A stretch of DNA of 64,000 nucleotides from Patescibacteria group bacterium (GCA_028710985.1 JAQTTB010000001.1:19280-83279); one strand, 5' to 3'. Counted from the stretch's first letter, positions 27,081-37,338 are shown. A program made the numbers and translations. Notes: generated by a model from the letters alone, not told the origin.

Positions 27081-28913
27081 TTATAATTCAAGCTTATTTT
27101 TACGGTAAAATTTTACAAAACTTATCAAACCCCACAACTCTCTACTATAATCTTTCTTATTCCCCATATGATCCGCAACCATTTTTTCAATCGCTTTACC
27201 ATTTAAAAATGCTATATCCGCAATATTCTTTTTATCTAAAATATCCATCATGAAATCCTTTAATTCATTCTTCAGCCAATCCGCGATCGGAAAGCTGAAT
27301 CCCTGCTTCTTTGTATAAATTAACTTTTTCGGTAAATACCTCTCTAGAAGCTTTTTTAAAATATACTTAGTGGTGATACCGCGAATTTTTAATCCCGGCG
27401 CCAAGGAATTGCTAAACTTTATTACTTCGTTGTTCAAGAAAGGAACACGTACCTCTAAAGAATTAGCCATGCTCATTCGATCGACCTTGACTAAATACTC
27501 CCCTTCCAGCACGGTTTTCTGATCAACATACAATAGCTGATTCAGCACATCTTCCCCCTCCACGACTTTAAAATACTCTGCAAAATCGTCGCAAACATTG
27601 TTAAAAAAATCTTCAACTAGGATATCCGCATTATGCATTATTCTATAATAAAAATGAGATTTTGTAAATGGATACTTGGCCGCATAAACAAACCTTTTTA
27701 ACTTATAATCAAAGCTCATTTTTCTGTAAGAAGACGGCAAATAATGAACCATTTTTTCCACCAATGTTTTTATGGGCAGGTGGCGATAAATTTGACTAAT
27801 TCTAGGCAAATAATAGATAGGGTAACCCCCAAATAACTCATCCCCGCCGTCGCCGGATAAGCAGACTGTCGCTCGCTCTTTTGCAAAATGGCACAAGAAA
27901 TATGTGGGAATCGCGCTGCTGTCACCAAAAGGCTCCTGAAAATAATCAAAAATATCCGGAATGGCATTTATGACCTCCCTCTTCTCTAGATAAATCGAAT
28001 TATGATTAGTGCCAATAATCTTTGCGATTTTACTGGCGTTCTTTGATTCGTCATAAGAATTCTCACCGAAATTAAATCCAACCGTAAATGTATTCAGGTT
28101 TCCTACATGCTCCTTGGCGATGGCGGTGATTAAACTAGAATCAACGCCGGAGGATAAGAATACCCCCAATGGCACATCGCTGACCAAGGATTGTTCGATT
28201 GATTCATCGAGCACGCACCGTAGGGCATCGATTGAATTATTAAGATCTTGATAATTATTTGTAAATGTCGGTTTCCAATATTCCTGAATATTAATTTGCT
28301 CTTTCTGCAAATCAAAAATCGCAAAACTAGCCGGTGGCAATTTAAAAACGTTTTCAATTATGGACTCATTGCCATAAATGTAATTTTGATAAAAAAATCT
28401 TCTGACTGCCCTTAAATTAATTTTTTTGTTGATCTGGAGCGATGCCAGCTCAGAGGCGAATTGAAATATCCCGTCATGAAAACTATAGTAAAGTGGTTTT
28501 ATTCCCATTCGATCTCTGGCCAAAATTAATTGATTTTTAACTTCATCGTAAATTGCCAGGGCGAACATGCCATCGAATAATTTGAAGGCTTCTGGTCCAT
28601 ATTTAATATAGGCCCTTAATACAACCTCCGTATCGGAATCGGAGAAATAGTCACCGGGCAAATCTTTTTTTAATTTTTTAAAATTATATACTTCACCATT
28701 GTAGACAATCGCATAGGCGCCAATTCTCATGGGTTGGCTCGCCCTTTGAGAAAGATCAATGATAGAAAGACGCCGGTGTCCTAATTTGACCCTCTGATCT
28801 TCGGATATAAAAAAACCTGCCGCATCCGGACCGCGGTGGAGCATTGAATCTCTTCTCTTCAAAAAAATTTCCTTATCAAATTTCGATGAATATTCTCCGA
28901 TAATTCCGCACAT
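27081..28913 (-). CDS. asparagine synthase (glutamine-hydrolysing)-family amidotransferase
   Basis: 610-aa ORF with the N-terminal nucleophile MCGIIG, a GATase-II domain and the PP-loop LSSGVDSSLITA. Confidence 0.9.
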   Translation of the reverse strand: MCGIIGEYSSKFDKEIFLKRRDSMLHRGPDAAGFFISEDQRVKLGHRRLSIIDLSQRASQPMRIGAYAIVYNGEVYNFKKLKKDLPGDYFSDSDTEVVLRAYIKYGPEAFKLFDGMFALAIYDEVKNQLILARDRMGIKPLYYSFHDGIFQFASELASLQINKKINLRAVRRFFYQNYIYGNESIIENVFKLPPASFAIFDLQKEQINIQEYWKPTFTNNYQDLNNSIDALRCVLDESIEQSLVSDVPLGVFLSSGVDSSLITAIAKEHVGNLNTFTVGFNFGENSYDESKNASKIAKIIGTNHNSIYLEKREVINAIPDIFDYFQEPFGDSSAIPTYFLCHFAKERATVCLSGDGGDELFGGYPIYYLPRISQIYRHLPIKTLVEKMVHYLPSSYRKMSFDYKLKRFVYAAKYPFTKSHFYYRIMHNADILVEDFFNNVCDDFAEYFKVVEGEDVLNQLLYVDQKTVLEGEYLVKVDRMSMANSLEVRVPFLNNEVIKFSNSLAPGLKIRGITTKYILKKLLERYLPKKLIYTKKQGFSFPIADWLKNELKDFMMDILDKKNIADIAFLNGKAIEKMVADHMGNKKDYSRELWGLISFVKFYRKNKLEL

Positions 28914-28919
28914 AGATAC

Positions 28920-29399
28920 TTAATTCTCTTTAAAGCAAAAAACGAATCTTTTATTAATTAAAAATGTAAAAAAGGACATTAATAATCCGACCAGGGCAAC
29001 GGATAAAAGGTAATAAAAACCTAAAATAGTTGTTAGCAAATAGACCAAAGTGAAGGTAATTAATCCTATTGCGCCATATATCGCGAGATAACCAAGGTAC
29101 CTTGCAACATAACCTGATTTTCCATGACCAGAAAATGTAAATAATGAATTCATTATAAAACTAAAAGTCCAGGTAATAAAAGTTGCGATTACAAAAGATA
29201 ACATGTACCAAAAATGCAGTGATTCAGTAAAAATGAAAGTTAATAATAAATTCAACAAAAAAGAACTGACTCCAATGATGAAAAATATCGGATATCTCCT
29301 AAAGATATTTATTATATTCAAAGCCATCTTGAAAAAATTAATAAAGTCACGCTTCAACAATTTTCTTTTTACGACCTCCGAATTTCCATGAATTGCCAT
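28920..29399 (-). CDS. GtrA-like small membrane protein
   Basis: 159-aa ORF with 4 TM helices, ending in FLINKRFVF. The start may be the internal ATG at 29327 (MALNIINIF), because 29399 overlaps the upstream gene by 53 nt. Confidence 0.6.
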   Translation of the reverse strand: MAIHGNSEVVKRKLLKRDFINFFKMALNIINIFRRYPIFFIIGVSSFLLNLLLTFIFTESLHFWYMLSFVIATFITWTFSFIMNSLFTFSGHGKSGYVARYLGYLAIYGAIGLITFTLVYLLTTILGFYYLLSVALVGLLMSFFTFLINKRFVFCFKEN

Positions 29400-30783
29400 T
29401 TCTCATCTGAATATAAATTGAATTCAAATCAATTTCTGAATTACTTCTCAACCATCGTTCGATAAGATCCCTTGATAAATATGTAGTTGTTGGCGTTACC
29501 AATTGGTCAAAAACAATGTGGTGAAAAAAAATAAAGTTCTCCTCGGAAATCCAAACGGTATATTGATATAATGGTAATTTTTTTACAAAAGAAATACTTT
29601 TAAGTATATTGATTATTTTAGAGTAAAGAAAAAATAAAATAGCCAATGGGCCAGCGATAAAATATTTATTTAACCACCATGGTGTATGACAAACAATGCG
29701 ACGAAGTCGATCGATGACGTTTATTATTATCCAATTGCCTTCTTCCGCATAAACCCAGCAATGAAAACGACCGCCGGGTATAGTATTTTTAATTACAAAA
29801 TTAAAACCCAACTCCGGCTCCTTTAAATGATGGAGAACGCCAATACAATAAACAACATCGAACCCACCTTCGCTGAATTGTAAAATATCATCCTGAATAA
29901 TCCTATATTTTGTATTTTTGATATCTTCTAAATTTTTTCTCGCCGAATCGACGGAAGCACCTAAGTCAACCCCAACCATTTCACGCGGCTGCCAATTTGC
30001 TAAATGCACCATCAGGCTGCCATTGCCGCAGCCGAGCTCTAATATTTTATTTCCAGAAAAATCATTCTTGGTCAGTGGATGCATCCAATCCTCGAACTGT
30101 TTAAATGTATATATTGAACCAGCGACCAGATGATTCCACGATTTGGCAAATGCATCTGCCGTACCCTGATCCGGACTAGCAATAGCTTCATTCAGCTCCT
30201 TGGAGTGTGATTTTACACAAACGAATTCAAACGAAATCTCATCAAATCCCCCAACCCAAAAGCACCATATTCTGCTGCAAAAAACCTGGTTAAAATTAGC
30301 TAAACCGCTAATAAATTTATCTACTATTTTCAGTAGTTGCGTGGAAATTTCGCCATAACCCAAATATTGCAATAAATGCGGAAAAGCCATCCACCGCAGT
30401 TCCATTCTTTTCAGCCTAAATTCGACGCCGATATATCCAGATGAAGTATACTTTTCATTAAAGTAAAGGGGGAAAGCAACATCAAAACCGTGTGCATGTT
30501 GAGCGTGCGTAAAGCCGCGAGAAAAATGCGGCACTTTCAATTTTAAAATGCCGCCGTCTCTTAAAATTCTGTGCATCTCTTTCATCACCTCGAACGGTTT
30601 ATCGAGATGCTCCAAAACATGATAAGCCTCAATCAAATCAAAGCTATTCGATTCAAATGGATAAGGCAAACTGTTCAGGTCATGGATAACATCCGGTGAA
30701 ACTAACGGATTGATGTCAACATTGATATAATCGCTCTTTTTTGACGCACCGCATCCTAAATTTAATTTGTTCGTACTTTTCAT
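29347..30783 (-). CDS. tandem double SAM-methyltransferase with C-terminal membrane segment
   Basis: 478 aa. Domain 1: LNLGCGASKK...FDLIEAYHVLEHL. Domain 2: ILELGCGNGSLMVHL...FDVVYCIGVLHHL. Then the hydrophobic segment FIAGPLAILFFLYSKII. Confidence 0.7.
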   Translation of the reverse strand: MKSTNKLNLGCGASKKSDYINVDINPLVSPDVIHDLNSLPYPFESNSFDLIEAYHVLEHLDKPFEVMKEMHRILRDGGILKLKVPHFSRGFTHAQHAHGFDVAFPLYFNEKYTSSGYIGVEFRLKRMELRWMAFPHLLQYLGYGEISTQLLKIVDKFISGLANFNQVFCSRIWCFWVGGFDEISFEFVCVKSHSKELNEAIASPDQGTADAFAKSWNHLVAGSIYTFKQFEDWMHPLTKNDFSGNKILELGCGNGSLMVHLANWQPREMVGVDLGASVDSARKNLEDIKNTKYRIIQDDILQFSEGGFDVVYCIGVLHHLKEPELGFNFVIKNTIPGGRFHCWVYAEEGNWIIINVIDRLRRIVCHTPWWLNKYFIAGPLAILFFLYSKIINILKSISFVKKLPLYQYTVWISEENFIFFHHIVFDQLVTPTTTYLSRDLIERWLRSNSEIDLNSIYIQMRNGNSWKFGGRKKKIVEA

Positions 30784-30800
30784 AACTGGATTTAAAATGT

Positions 30801-31754
30801 CTAAAAATTAATTTTAGATTTTAAAACGTACGGTTTCTCCCCTCGCGATTCATAATAAGTGCGCATGATCAATTCCGCTAAAACACCCATGGCGATAAGC
30901 TGTATGCCGACAATGATAAATAAAGCAGTCAATATCGGCAATGGAGTCTCCACGAAACTTCTTAATCCAAAAATTTTAAGCACAATCGCAGATAGGCCGG
31001 CCATAATCCCGACAAAAAGCGCGATAAACCCCATCCCTCCAAAAAAATGCATCGGCTTATTCAAATACTTTTCAAAAAATTTTATAACTACCAAATCCAG
31101 TAAAACTCTAAAAATTCTAGATAAACCATAATTGCTCCGACCGGCTTTTCTTGGACGATAGTTTACCTCCACTTCTGTCAGATTAGCGCCTTGGCGTACG
31201 GCATAAGCCGGTATAAACCGATGCATTTCTCCATAGAGGGAAAACCCGTGTAATATTTTTTTTCTATATGCCTTCAATGTGCATCCATAGTCATGCAACT
31301 TAACATTAGTAATTCTTGAAATCAACCAGTTCGCCATGAGGGAGGGCAGTCTACGACTTAATTTATTCTTTTGCCAACGCCCGCGACGCCACCCGGAAAC
31401 AACGTCATACCCGTTATTAATACGCTCCAAGAGCCTTGGAATATCGGCCGGGTCATTTTCTAAATCACTATCCATGGTCACGATTATATCACTGCTCGCA
31501 TATTCAATCCCGGCTTGAAGCGCGGCGGTTTGTCCGCGATTTACCGCAAAACTTAAAACCTTAATTTTATTATTATCGCCCGCTAGTGATTTTAACACGG
31601 CCAAAGAATTGTCGCTCGACCCATCGTCAACCAGAATTATTTCATAATCATAACTATTCCTCTCCATTACGGACACGATCTCTCGGACCAATTCCAATAA
31701 ATTTTTTTCCTCATTATAGACTGGTATAACAATCGATAAATGCATATTTCCCAT
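30801..31754 (-). CDS. glycosyltransferase family 2, GtrB/ArnC-like polyprenol-phosphate sugar synthase
   Basis: 317-aa ORF: SIVIPVYNEEKNL...ILVDDGSSDNS...TMDSDLENDP, with two C-terminal TM helices. Confidence 0.85.
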   Translation of the reverse strand: MGNMHLSIVIPVYNEEKNLLELVREIVSVMERNSYDYEIILVDDGSSDNSLAVLKSLAGDNNKIKVLSFAVNRGQTAALQAGIEYASSDIIVTMDSDLENDPADIPRLLERINNGYDVVSGWRRGRWQKNKLSRRLPSLMANWLISRITNVKLHDYGCTLKAYRKKILHGFSLYGEMHRFIPAYAVRQGANLTEVEVNYRPRKAGRSNYGLSRIFRVLLDLVVIKFFEKYLNKPMHFFGGMGFIALFVGIMAGLSAIVLKIFGLRSFVETPLPILTALFIIVGIQLIAMGVLAELIMRTYYESRGEKPYVLKSKINF

Positions 31755-33418
31755 TAAAATTTAATTAAAACAAAATATTCATTTTGCGATATGGGAAGAT
31801 CCCCTTGATCCCCTTCTTTCACCACTCCGGCTAACGCTGAGTTCGAACGCAATAGCGCATAATTTGCCCCATATTTACGACCAAAATCTATCAACTTAAC
31901 GATATCGTCACCGTGTAGGGCATTGTTTTGTTCTTCAAATACTCTGCGCCATTCTACCAATTGATTCTTGCCCGACATTAAATATGCGGATCCCTCTTCA
32001 AAGGAAGTAACTATATTAACCCTGCAGAAATAACGCAAATTAAAATCATTACTAATCACGGTATCCCCGTCGCCGACACCGCCGTTTTTAAGTTGCTGGC
32101 AAACTATATTATATATCTTTTCCTGGTCTTCAAACACCTTATTTTGAAATACCCTGGGTATATATTCCTCCTGATAATTCTCATAACCTAATAAAAATTG
32201 AAACCATTCGAAGCCAAAGGAGGAGCTCAAAAAGCCCAAAATGAGCAGGGCGGATAAGAAAATTACTCGAACTTTTTTTTGTAAAAAATATCTATTGCGT
32301 CTAAATAATTCTTCCAGTGAAACAGCCACTAATAAAAATATACCAAAGTAAACAAATTTAAAAAATCGACTAGTTTGCTGAAAAATAAACGGACCATCCA
32401 AATGGATCATCGCTATTTGTAGTATTGGAAAAAATACACTAAAAAATATTGAGAGCAGTATAAATAAAATTGACCACTTTGCGATAAGATAATCCAAGGA
32501 TTCTTTTATGATTAACCTCTTTTTCAAGAGGTACAAAACATATGCAACGAATGGCGCAAAGAAAACAAGAATAATTATCATATGCCGTATCCACATAAGG
32601 CTCTCCGGCGGATAATCCCATGGCGTCCTAAAAATTATCGCTTCCAAGAAGTCTAAGCTTGAGTATTCAACATTAGATAAAAATTTGGAATTTATTGCAT
32701 CTAAACGAAAAATTATTTCATACAACAGCAAGGATGAACCAAGAATAAATGCAGCTGACGCTGATGCGGTCTGTTTCAAAACACCAAAAAAATTATTGCG
32801 CCAAAATAAAAGAAATAAAGATATTACGAGAGCTAGAAAAGTAAAAAATAATATGCTTACCGGATGAATATAAGAGACTATACCGAGCAATAAGAACAAC
32901 GGCCAAATTTTCTTATTGTCGTAAATAAATTTAATAATTAATGCACCGATTATCCATAAGAATGGCATCGCCGTCGAACGTCCCAAAACTTCATAATTCG
33001 TGAGAACTCCGAATATTTCGTTCCCGACCGAAAAGCGCGGGGCAAGGGCTACTATAGCTACAACGATCGCGATTGAACGCCGTATGCCCAATATTCTAAG
33101 CGCAATATACGCCGAATAACCAGTAAAAAAAACCATAGAAAATAATAGTATATTGCGGCTGGTAAATGGATCAAAGAAATAACTCAACGCATTAATAATA
33201 TATGGATAAACGTAGTATCGATACGTCATCGTGGACAATAATTCATTTCCTGGATAAGAACTATCCATTAAAGCCCGGTTAGACGCCATAATGGCAATCT
33301 CATCGCCATTGAGTCTAAACGGCAGGGAAAAATTATAAACAACCGACAGAGCGGCAATAAACAAAAAAATCAATATTACACATAAATTGACGATTCCAAC
33401 ATTTTTACGCTCTGACAT
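31754..33418 (-). CDS. polytopic membrane protein with C-terminal soluble domain (GT-C-like; unassigned)
   Basis: 554-aa ORF with more than 11 helices and a ~150-aa C-terminal hydrophilic domain. Its stop overlaps the downstream GT2 start by 1 nt. Confidence 0.55.
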   Translation of the reverse strand: MSERKNVGIVNLCVILIFLFIAALSVVYNFSLPFRLNGDEIAIMASNRALMDSSYPGNELLSTMTYRYYVYPYIINALSYFFDPFTSRNILLFSMVFFTGYSAYIALRILGIRRSIAIVVAIVALAPRFSVGNEIFGVLTNYEVLGRSTAMPFLWIIGALIIKFIYDNKKIWPLFLLLGIVSYIHPVSILFFTFLALVISLFLLFWRNNFFGVLKQTASASAAFILGSSLLLYEIIFRLDAINSKFLSNVEYSSLDFLEAIIFRTPWDYPPESLMWIRHMIIILVFFAPFVAYVLYLLKKRLIIKESLDYLIAKWSILFILLSIFFSVFFPILQIAMIHLDGPFIFQQTSRFFKFVYFGIFLLVAVSLEELFRRNRYFLQKKVRVIFLSALLILGFLSSSFGFEWFQFLLGYENYQEEYIPRVFQNKVFEDQEKIYNIVCQQLKNGGVGDGDTVISNDFNLRYFCRVNIVTSFEEGSAYLMSGKNQLVEWRRVFEEQNNALHGDDIVKLIDFGRKYGANYALLRSNSALAGVVKEGDQGDLPISQNEYFVLIKF

Positions 33419-33430
33419 ATTTTATGAAAA

Positions 33431-34159
33431 TTATTTTCTACATATCGCCATCAACGAAACGCCGAATGGAAAATTAAAACGCTTCAATACAAACGCTTCC
33501 AGGGAAAACACCCAAAATAATATACGAGATAAGGGGCCGCCGCTGCCGACAAATTCGATTTTCTTAACAGAAAAAAAAGCTTTTTCGAAAAAACGGAAAA
33601 ATAATATTGGCAAAAATAAAATGGTATTAAAATACGAAGAACGTACAACGTGCAAACCCAAACTCCGTAATTTTACAAAAATTTGATTGTAGGTATAACG
33701 GCGAAAATGATGTCCCGCCTCATCGGCCCAGCCCCACAAAAAATTAAAAGCAGGAACAAAAATAATAATTATTCCTTCTTTTTTTACTACACGTTTCAAT
33801 TCACTAATAGCTTTATTATCATCAGACACGTGTTCTAATACATCGAGGCAAATCACAACATCAAAAAAATTATCTGGAAATTGAATATTCGTAATATCTC
33901 CCAAATCGACATTCTCTAAAAAATTTTGTTTACAAAAATTAACGGCCAACGGGCTATTATCAACGCCATAACAAACACCGAATTTTTTGAGCTCCTTCAT
34001 CAGCATACCCGTGCCACAACCGACATCGAGCATCTTCAATGCACCACTATGGTCAGAAAAAAAATTACTGATTATATCAGCTACAATTCTTCGCCTCACC
34101 CTATACCACCAATTATCTTTTTCAGCTGTATAAATTAATTTATAGACGTCAGATCGCAT
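33431..34159 (-). CDS. class I SAM-dependent methyltransferase
   Basis: 242-aa ORF: MLDVGCGTGMLMKEL...FDVVICLDVLEHV. Confidence 0.8.
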   Translation of the reverse strand: MRSDVYKLIYTAEKDNWWYRVRRRIVADIISNFFSDHSGALKMLDVGCGTGMLMKELKKFGVCYGVDNSPLAVNFCKQNFLENVDLGDITNIQFPDNFFDVVICLDVLEHVSDDNKAISELKRVVKKEGIIIIFVPAFNFLWGWADEAGHHFRRYTYNQIFVKLRSLGLHVVRSSYFNTILFLPILFFRFFEKAFFSVKKIEFVGSGGPLSRILFWVFSLEAFVLKRFNFPFGVSLMAICRK

Positions 34160-34166
34160 AACTTTA

Positions 34167-35237
34167 TTAAATATTCTTATCTGGATAAAAATTATCCATC
34201 AAACGCTCAATTAAAAAATCCAAACTATGCTCGCGGATTATAATTTCTCTCAATCCCTTGCCTAACGCCACCCGCCTGTCTACATCCATAGTCAATAAAT
34301 TTATCAATTTATTCTTAAAATCATTCACGTCATCCTCCTCAAAAACCATCGGCTCAGGCAAAACATCCTTTAGCGCCCTATTTGATACCAGCACCGGCAT
34401 TTCACAGGCCATGGCTTCAAAAATTGTCTTATCCATGCTCCCGCTCTGTGTAAAATTAACATAAAGCGCGTGTTGGTTATAAATGTTCGATGTCTCACGA
34501 TATGGCACGCCAGGATAAAAAGAAAGCATTCCTGCGCCCTCCAGCTCCTTGCCCGCTCCCCTGACTCTTTGATAATATTCCGCATCGGAATCGGTCGGAT
34601 CGCCATAGATACTCGCCGTAAAGCCAATTCCTTGGCCATGCAGATCAGACAAAGCGTTAACAAACATTTCGACTTTCTTAACTGGCGATATTCTCCCCAG
34701 AAACAATACGGATTTTTCATATTTCGCCGATGGATCGAAACCTTTAAATATATCTGTGTCGATCCCAACGGGCATAATCCTTGCTTTTTTATACCGCGAG
34801 CAAAACGAATTTGGTGAAGTGTAGAATACGTTATTGGAAAATAAGACGCCAAACCTAGTTATGATATTACCAATCTTGTGATTGTGCCATAGAAAAATTT
34901 TTTTATTAAAAATTCTCCACAATATACCGGCCATAACAATATATTCCGGATTCATATGGACAAAAATAACGTCGTAATCCCTAATTAGAAAAATAATATT
35001 TTTATAAAATTCGATAATATAGCCAACCCGACTCTTCCTTTTTTCCTTTTCCAGGGATATAACTCGCACATTGTTTGGCAAATTATATTTTCCTGACTCT
35101 AGACAAACTACGTTAACAGTATCAAACGATGGGCTAATCTTCATAATCCAGTTATGAAAAAATCCAAGCACTTTATCGTCCCTGTCAACCTTCTGAGTAA
35201 TAATTAGCAGATTTATTTTTTTATCGCCTTGTCCCAT
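34167..35237 (-). CDS. glycosyltransferase, GT-B fold (GT4/GT1-like)
   Basis: 356-aa ORF: LGRISPVKKVEMF...SGSMDKTIFEAMACEMPVLVSN. Confidence 0.75.
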   Translation of the reverse strand: MGQGDKKINLLIITQKVDRDDKVLGFFHNWIMKISPSFDTVNVVCLESGKYNLPNNVRVISLEKEKRKSRVGYIIEFYKNIIFLIRDYDVIFVHMNPEYIVMAGILWRIFNKKIFLWHNHKIGNIITRFGVLFSNNVFYTSPNSFCSRYKKARIMPVGIDTDIFKGFDPSAKYEKSVLFLGRISPVKKVEMFVNALSDLHGQGIGFTASIYGDPTDSDAEYYQRVRGAGKELEGAGMLSFYPGVPYRETSNIYNQHALYVNFTQSGSMDKTIFEAMACEMPVLVSNRALKDVLPEPMVFEEDDVNDFKNKLINLLTMDVDRRVALGKGLREIIIREHSLDFLIERLMDNFYPDKNI

Positions 35238-36337
35238 GTTTCGTTATAAAGTTTTAATGTCGCCTCCTTGCCCGGAAGTCGCTCTAACGCGTTCTTGGCA
35301 TTTTGACTAAACTTCATTTTTAATTCAGGGTTATTCTTTACTTTGACCAATGCGTCAGAAATCGCACTTATATTATTTACCGGGACCACGATACCATTCT
35401 CATAGTTTTTTACCACCTCTCCGGCGCAACCGACGTCGGTCATGATAACTGCGCAGCTGCAAGCCAGGGATTCAATAGCCACCCTGCTCCATCCTTCGTA
35501 TTCAGAGGTCAATAAAACACAATCCGCTCCCTTAAAAAAACTCACAACGTCCTGGGTCCAGGGAATGAAAATCACCGATTCACCCAAGCCCAATTCGCCT
35601 ACCAATCTTTTTAATTCTTTTTCCTGACTCCCCTCGCCAACAATGAGCAAGCCGCTCTTAGGACTTTTTTTTAAGAACATTAAAAATGCTTTTAAGGCAA
35701 CGTCTATTCTTTTTACCCTCTCCAATCGCCCCATAACCAGAGCGATAAAATCAAATTGTGAATATTTTTCCTTTAGATTAAAATCCGGCTCCTTTAATTC
35801 CAGACTTTTCCAAGGTGTGCAAATCGGCAGAACCGTTATCTTTTCTTGATTAATCCCTCTCTTGATTAAGTCCCGCTTGATTCTCTGACTAACCGCTCTG
35901 ATAGAATCGGCCTTTTTTATAATTCCCAAGCCAAGATACCATCGTAGATTGTTCAAAAAATTTTCTCCGCGCCAATGAGGATTACTAAAAAAATCGCCAT
36001 GGAGTTGAATATTCAAACCTAAACCGAATTTTCTTTTAGCGAAATATCCGATTAACCCGATGGCAAACGGGTCTTGAACCGAAACGACATTAATATTGCT
36101 GCGCTTAATAATGCTGGCTGCTTCCCTCCACAATTTTAACCAGCCAAAAAATTTATTATTAACTCCCACGGATCGTACGAATACGTTGTCGGTTAATTGT
36201 ATATTCGTGCTACAACCAGCCGGCAGCAAAATATAAAATTTATTACCAATAAAATTGGCGTAACTCTTAAATCTCTCCTGTGTCTCGCTACCCGACTTTA
36301 AAATTCTTGCATCGGTGCCAATTATCAAAATGTTCAT
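35213..36337 (-). CDS. glycosyltransferase, GT4-like
   Basis: 374-aa ORF: EYEGWSRVAIESLACSCAVIMTDVGCAGEVV. Confidence 0.8.
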   Translation of the reverse strand: MNILIIGTDARILKSGSETQERFKSYANFIGNKFYILLPAGCSTNIQLTDNVFVRSVGVNNKFFGWLKLWREAASIIKRSNINVVSVQDPFAIGLIGYFAKRKFGLGLNIQLHGDFFSNPHWRGENFLNNLRWYLGLGIIKKADSIRAVSQRIKRDLIKRGINQEKITVLPICTPWKSLELKEPDFNLKEKYSQFDFIALVMGRLERVKRIDVALKAFLMFLKKSPKSGLLIVGEGSQEKELKRLVGELGLGESVIFIPWTQDVVSFFKGADCVLLTSEYEGWSRVAIESLACSCAVIMTDVGCAGEVVKNYENGIVVPVNNISAISDALVKVKNNPELKMKFSQNAKNALERLPGKEATLKLYNETWDKAIKK

Positions 36338-37338
36338 TTCAGCTTCAAATTAATTGCTTTAATTATCGGCTTATTGGCAATGCTGCAGTTTTTGCATACC
36401 GGCAATTCCTGCTCAATGACTGCTCTTCTGATTTTTGCGTATTTATCGCTCTGCCAAATTTTATTAAAACTTCTTTCTTCAAAAACATTACCAACCACGA
36501 TGCTCCCCTCAAGATCGGTGCAGCATACACCCACATCACCGTTCCAAAGTATCACACTGCGCCAAATCCAGGGGCATGTCTTTGGCTTATCTATATTCAC
36601 GAGTCTACCCTCCTTCAGGCGATAGCGACTATTTTTTAAATCCGTTGGCAGAAACTCCAAGGCATTTGCTAGAAGCTTTTCCTGAAGTTCGGCCGTTGAC
36701 CCGATATTGAAAGAAGCGCTTTTAAACCACAGGGCGTCAACTCCGAGCTTGCGGCCCAAATCCTCAATCGCTCCCATCTCACGCTCATTGAACTTCATTA
36801 CCAAGAATTGAATAATAATCCTTGTCTTGCGGTTTTTGATGCCCGCTATCTGCCGCAGGGTTCCAACTATTTTATTAAAATCGCTATTGACACGATATTT
36901 CTGCTGCGTCTCGGCCGATGCTCCGTCCATGGCAAAAATCAAATTATCAATTCCATAGCCGACCGCCTCGCGATACCTTTCAACCGGCATGGTCCCATTA
37001 GTACTAACTGTCAATATATAACCGTGGTCTTTGAGATACTTCACCATCGCCGGAAACTCAGGATTGGCGAATGATTCGCCGGAAAAGTGCAAAGTAATTT
37101 TTTTGATGCTCCTGGGCAAATAACTTTCTATTTCCTCGAGCTGTTTCAAGGTTAAAAATCCTCTCGGCTTGGTTGACGTTCTCTGAATGCAAAACGGACA
37201 ACGCAAATTACAAAAACTCGAGGCCTCAATAATTATTTCTTTAAGCGGCCTAACCCTCCGAATCCAGGCATCTGGAAGCAATAACAGCGCTCTGTTGAAC
37301 AGAGTCGATTTACTTATTTTATCTTTCAGCCAATACAT
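36334..37338 (-). CDS. radical SAM enzyme with C-terminal SPASM-type Cys cluster
   Basis: 334-aa ORF: SSFCNLRCPFCIQ (CxxxCxxC). C-terminal CPWIWRSVILWNGDVGVCCTD...LPVCKNCS. Confidence 0.85.
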   Translation of the reverse strand: MYWLKDKISKSTLFNRALLLLPDAWIRRVRPLKEIIIEASSFCNLRCPFCIQRTSTKPRGFLTLKQLEEIESYLPRSIKKITLHFSGESFANPEFPAMVKYLKDHGYILTVSTNGTMPVERYREAVGYGIDNLIFAMDGASAETQQKYRVNSDFNKIVGTLRQIAGIKNRKTRIIIQFLVMKFNEREMGAIEDLGRKLGVDALWFKSASFNIGSTAELQEKLLANALEFLPTDLKNSRYRLKEGRLVNIDKPKTCPWIWRSVILWNGDVGVCCTDLEGSIVVGNVFEERSFNKIWQSDKYAKIRRAVIEQELPVCKNCSIANKPIIKAINLKLK

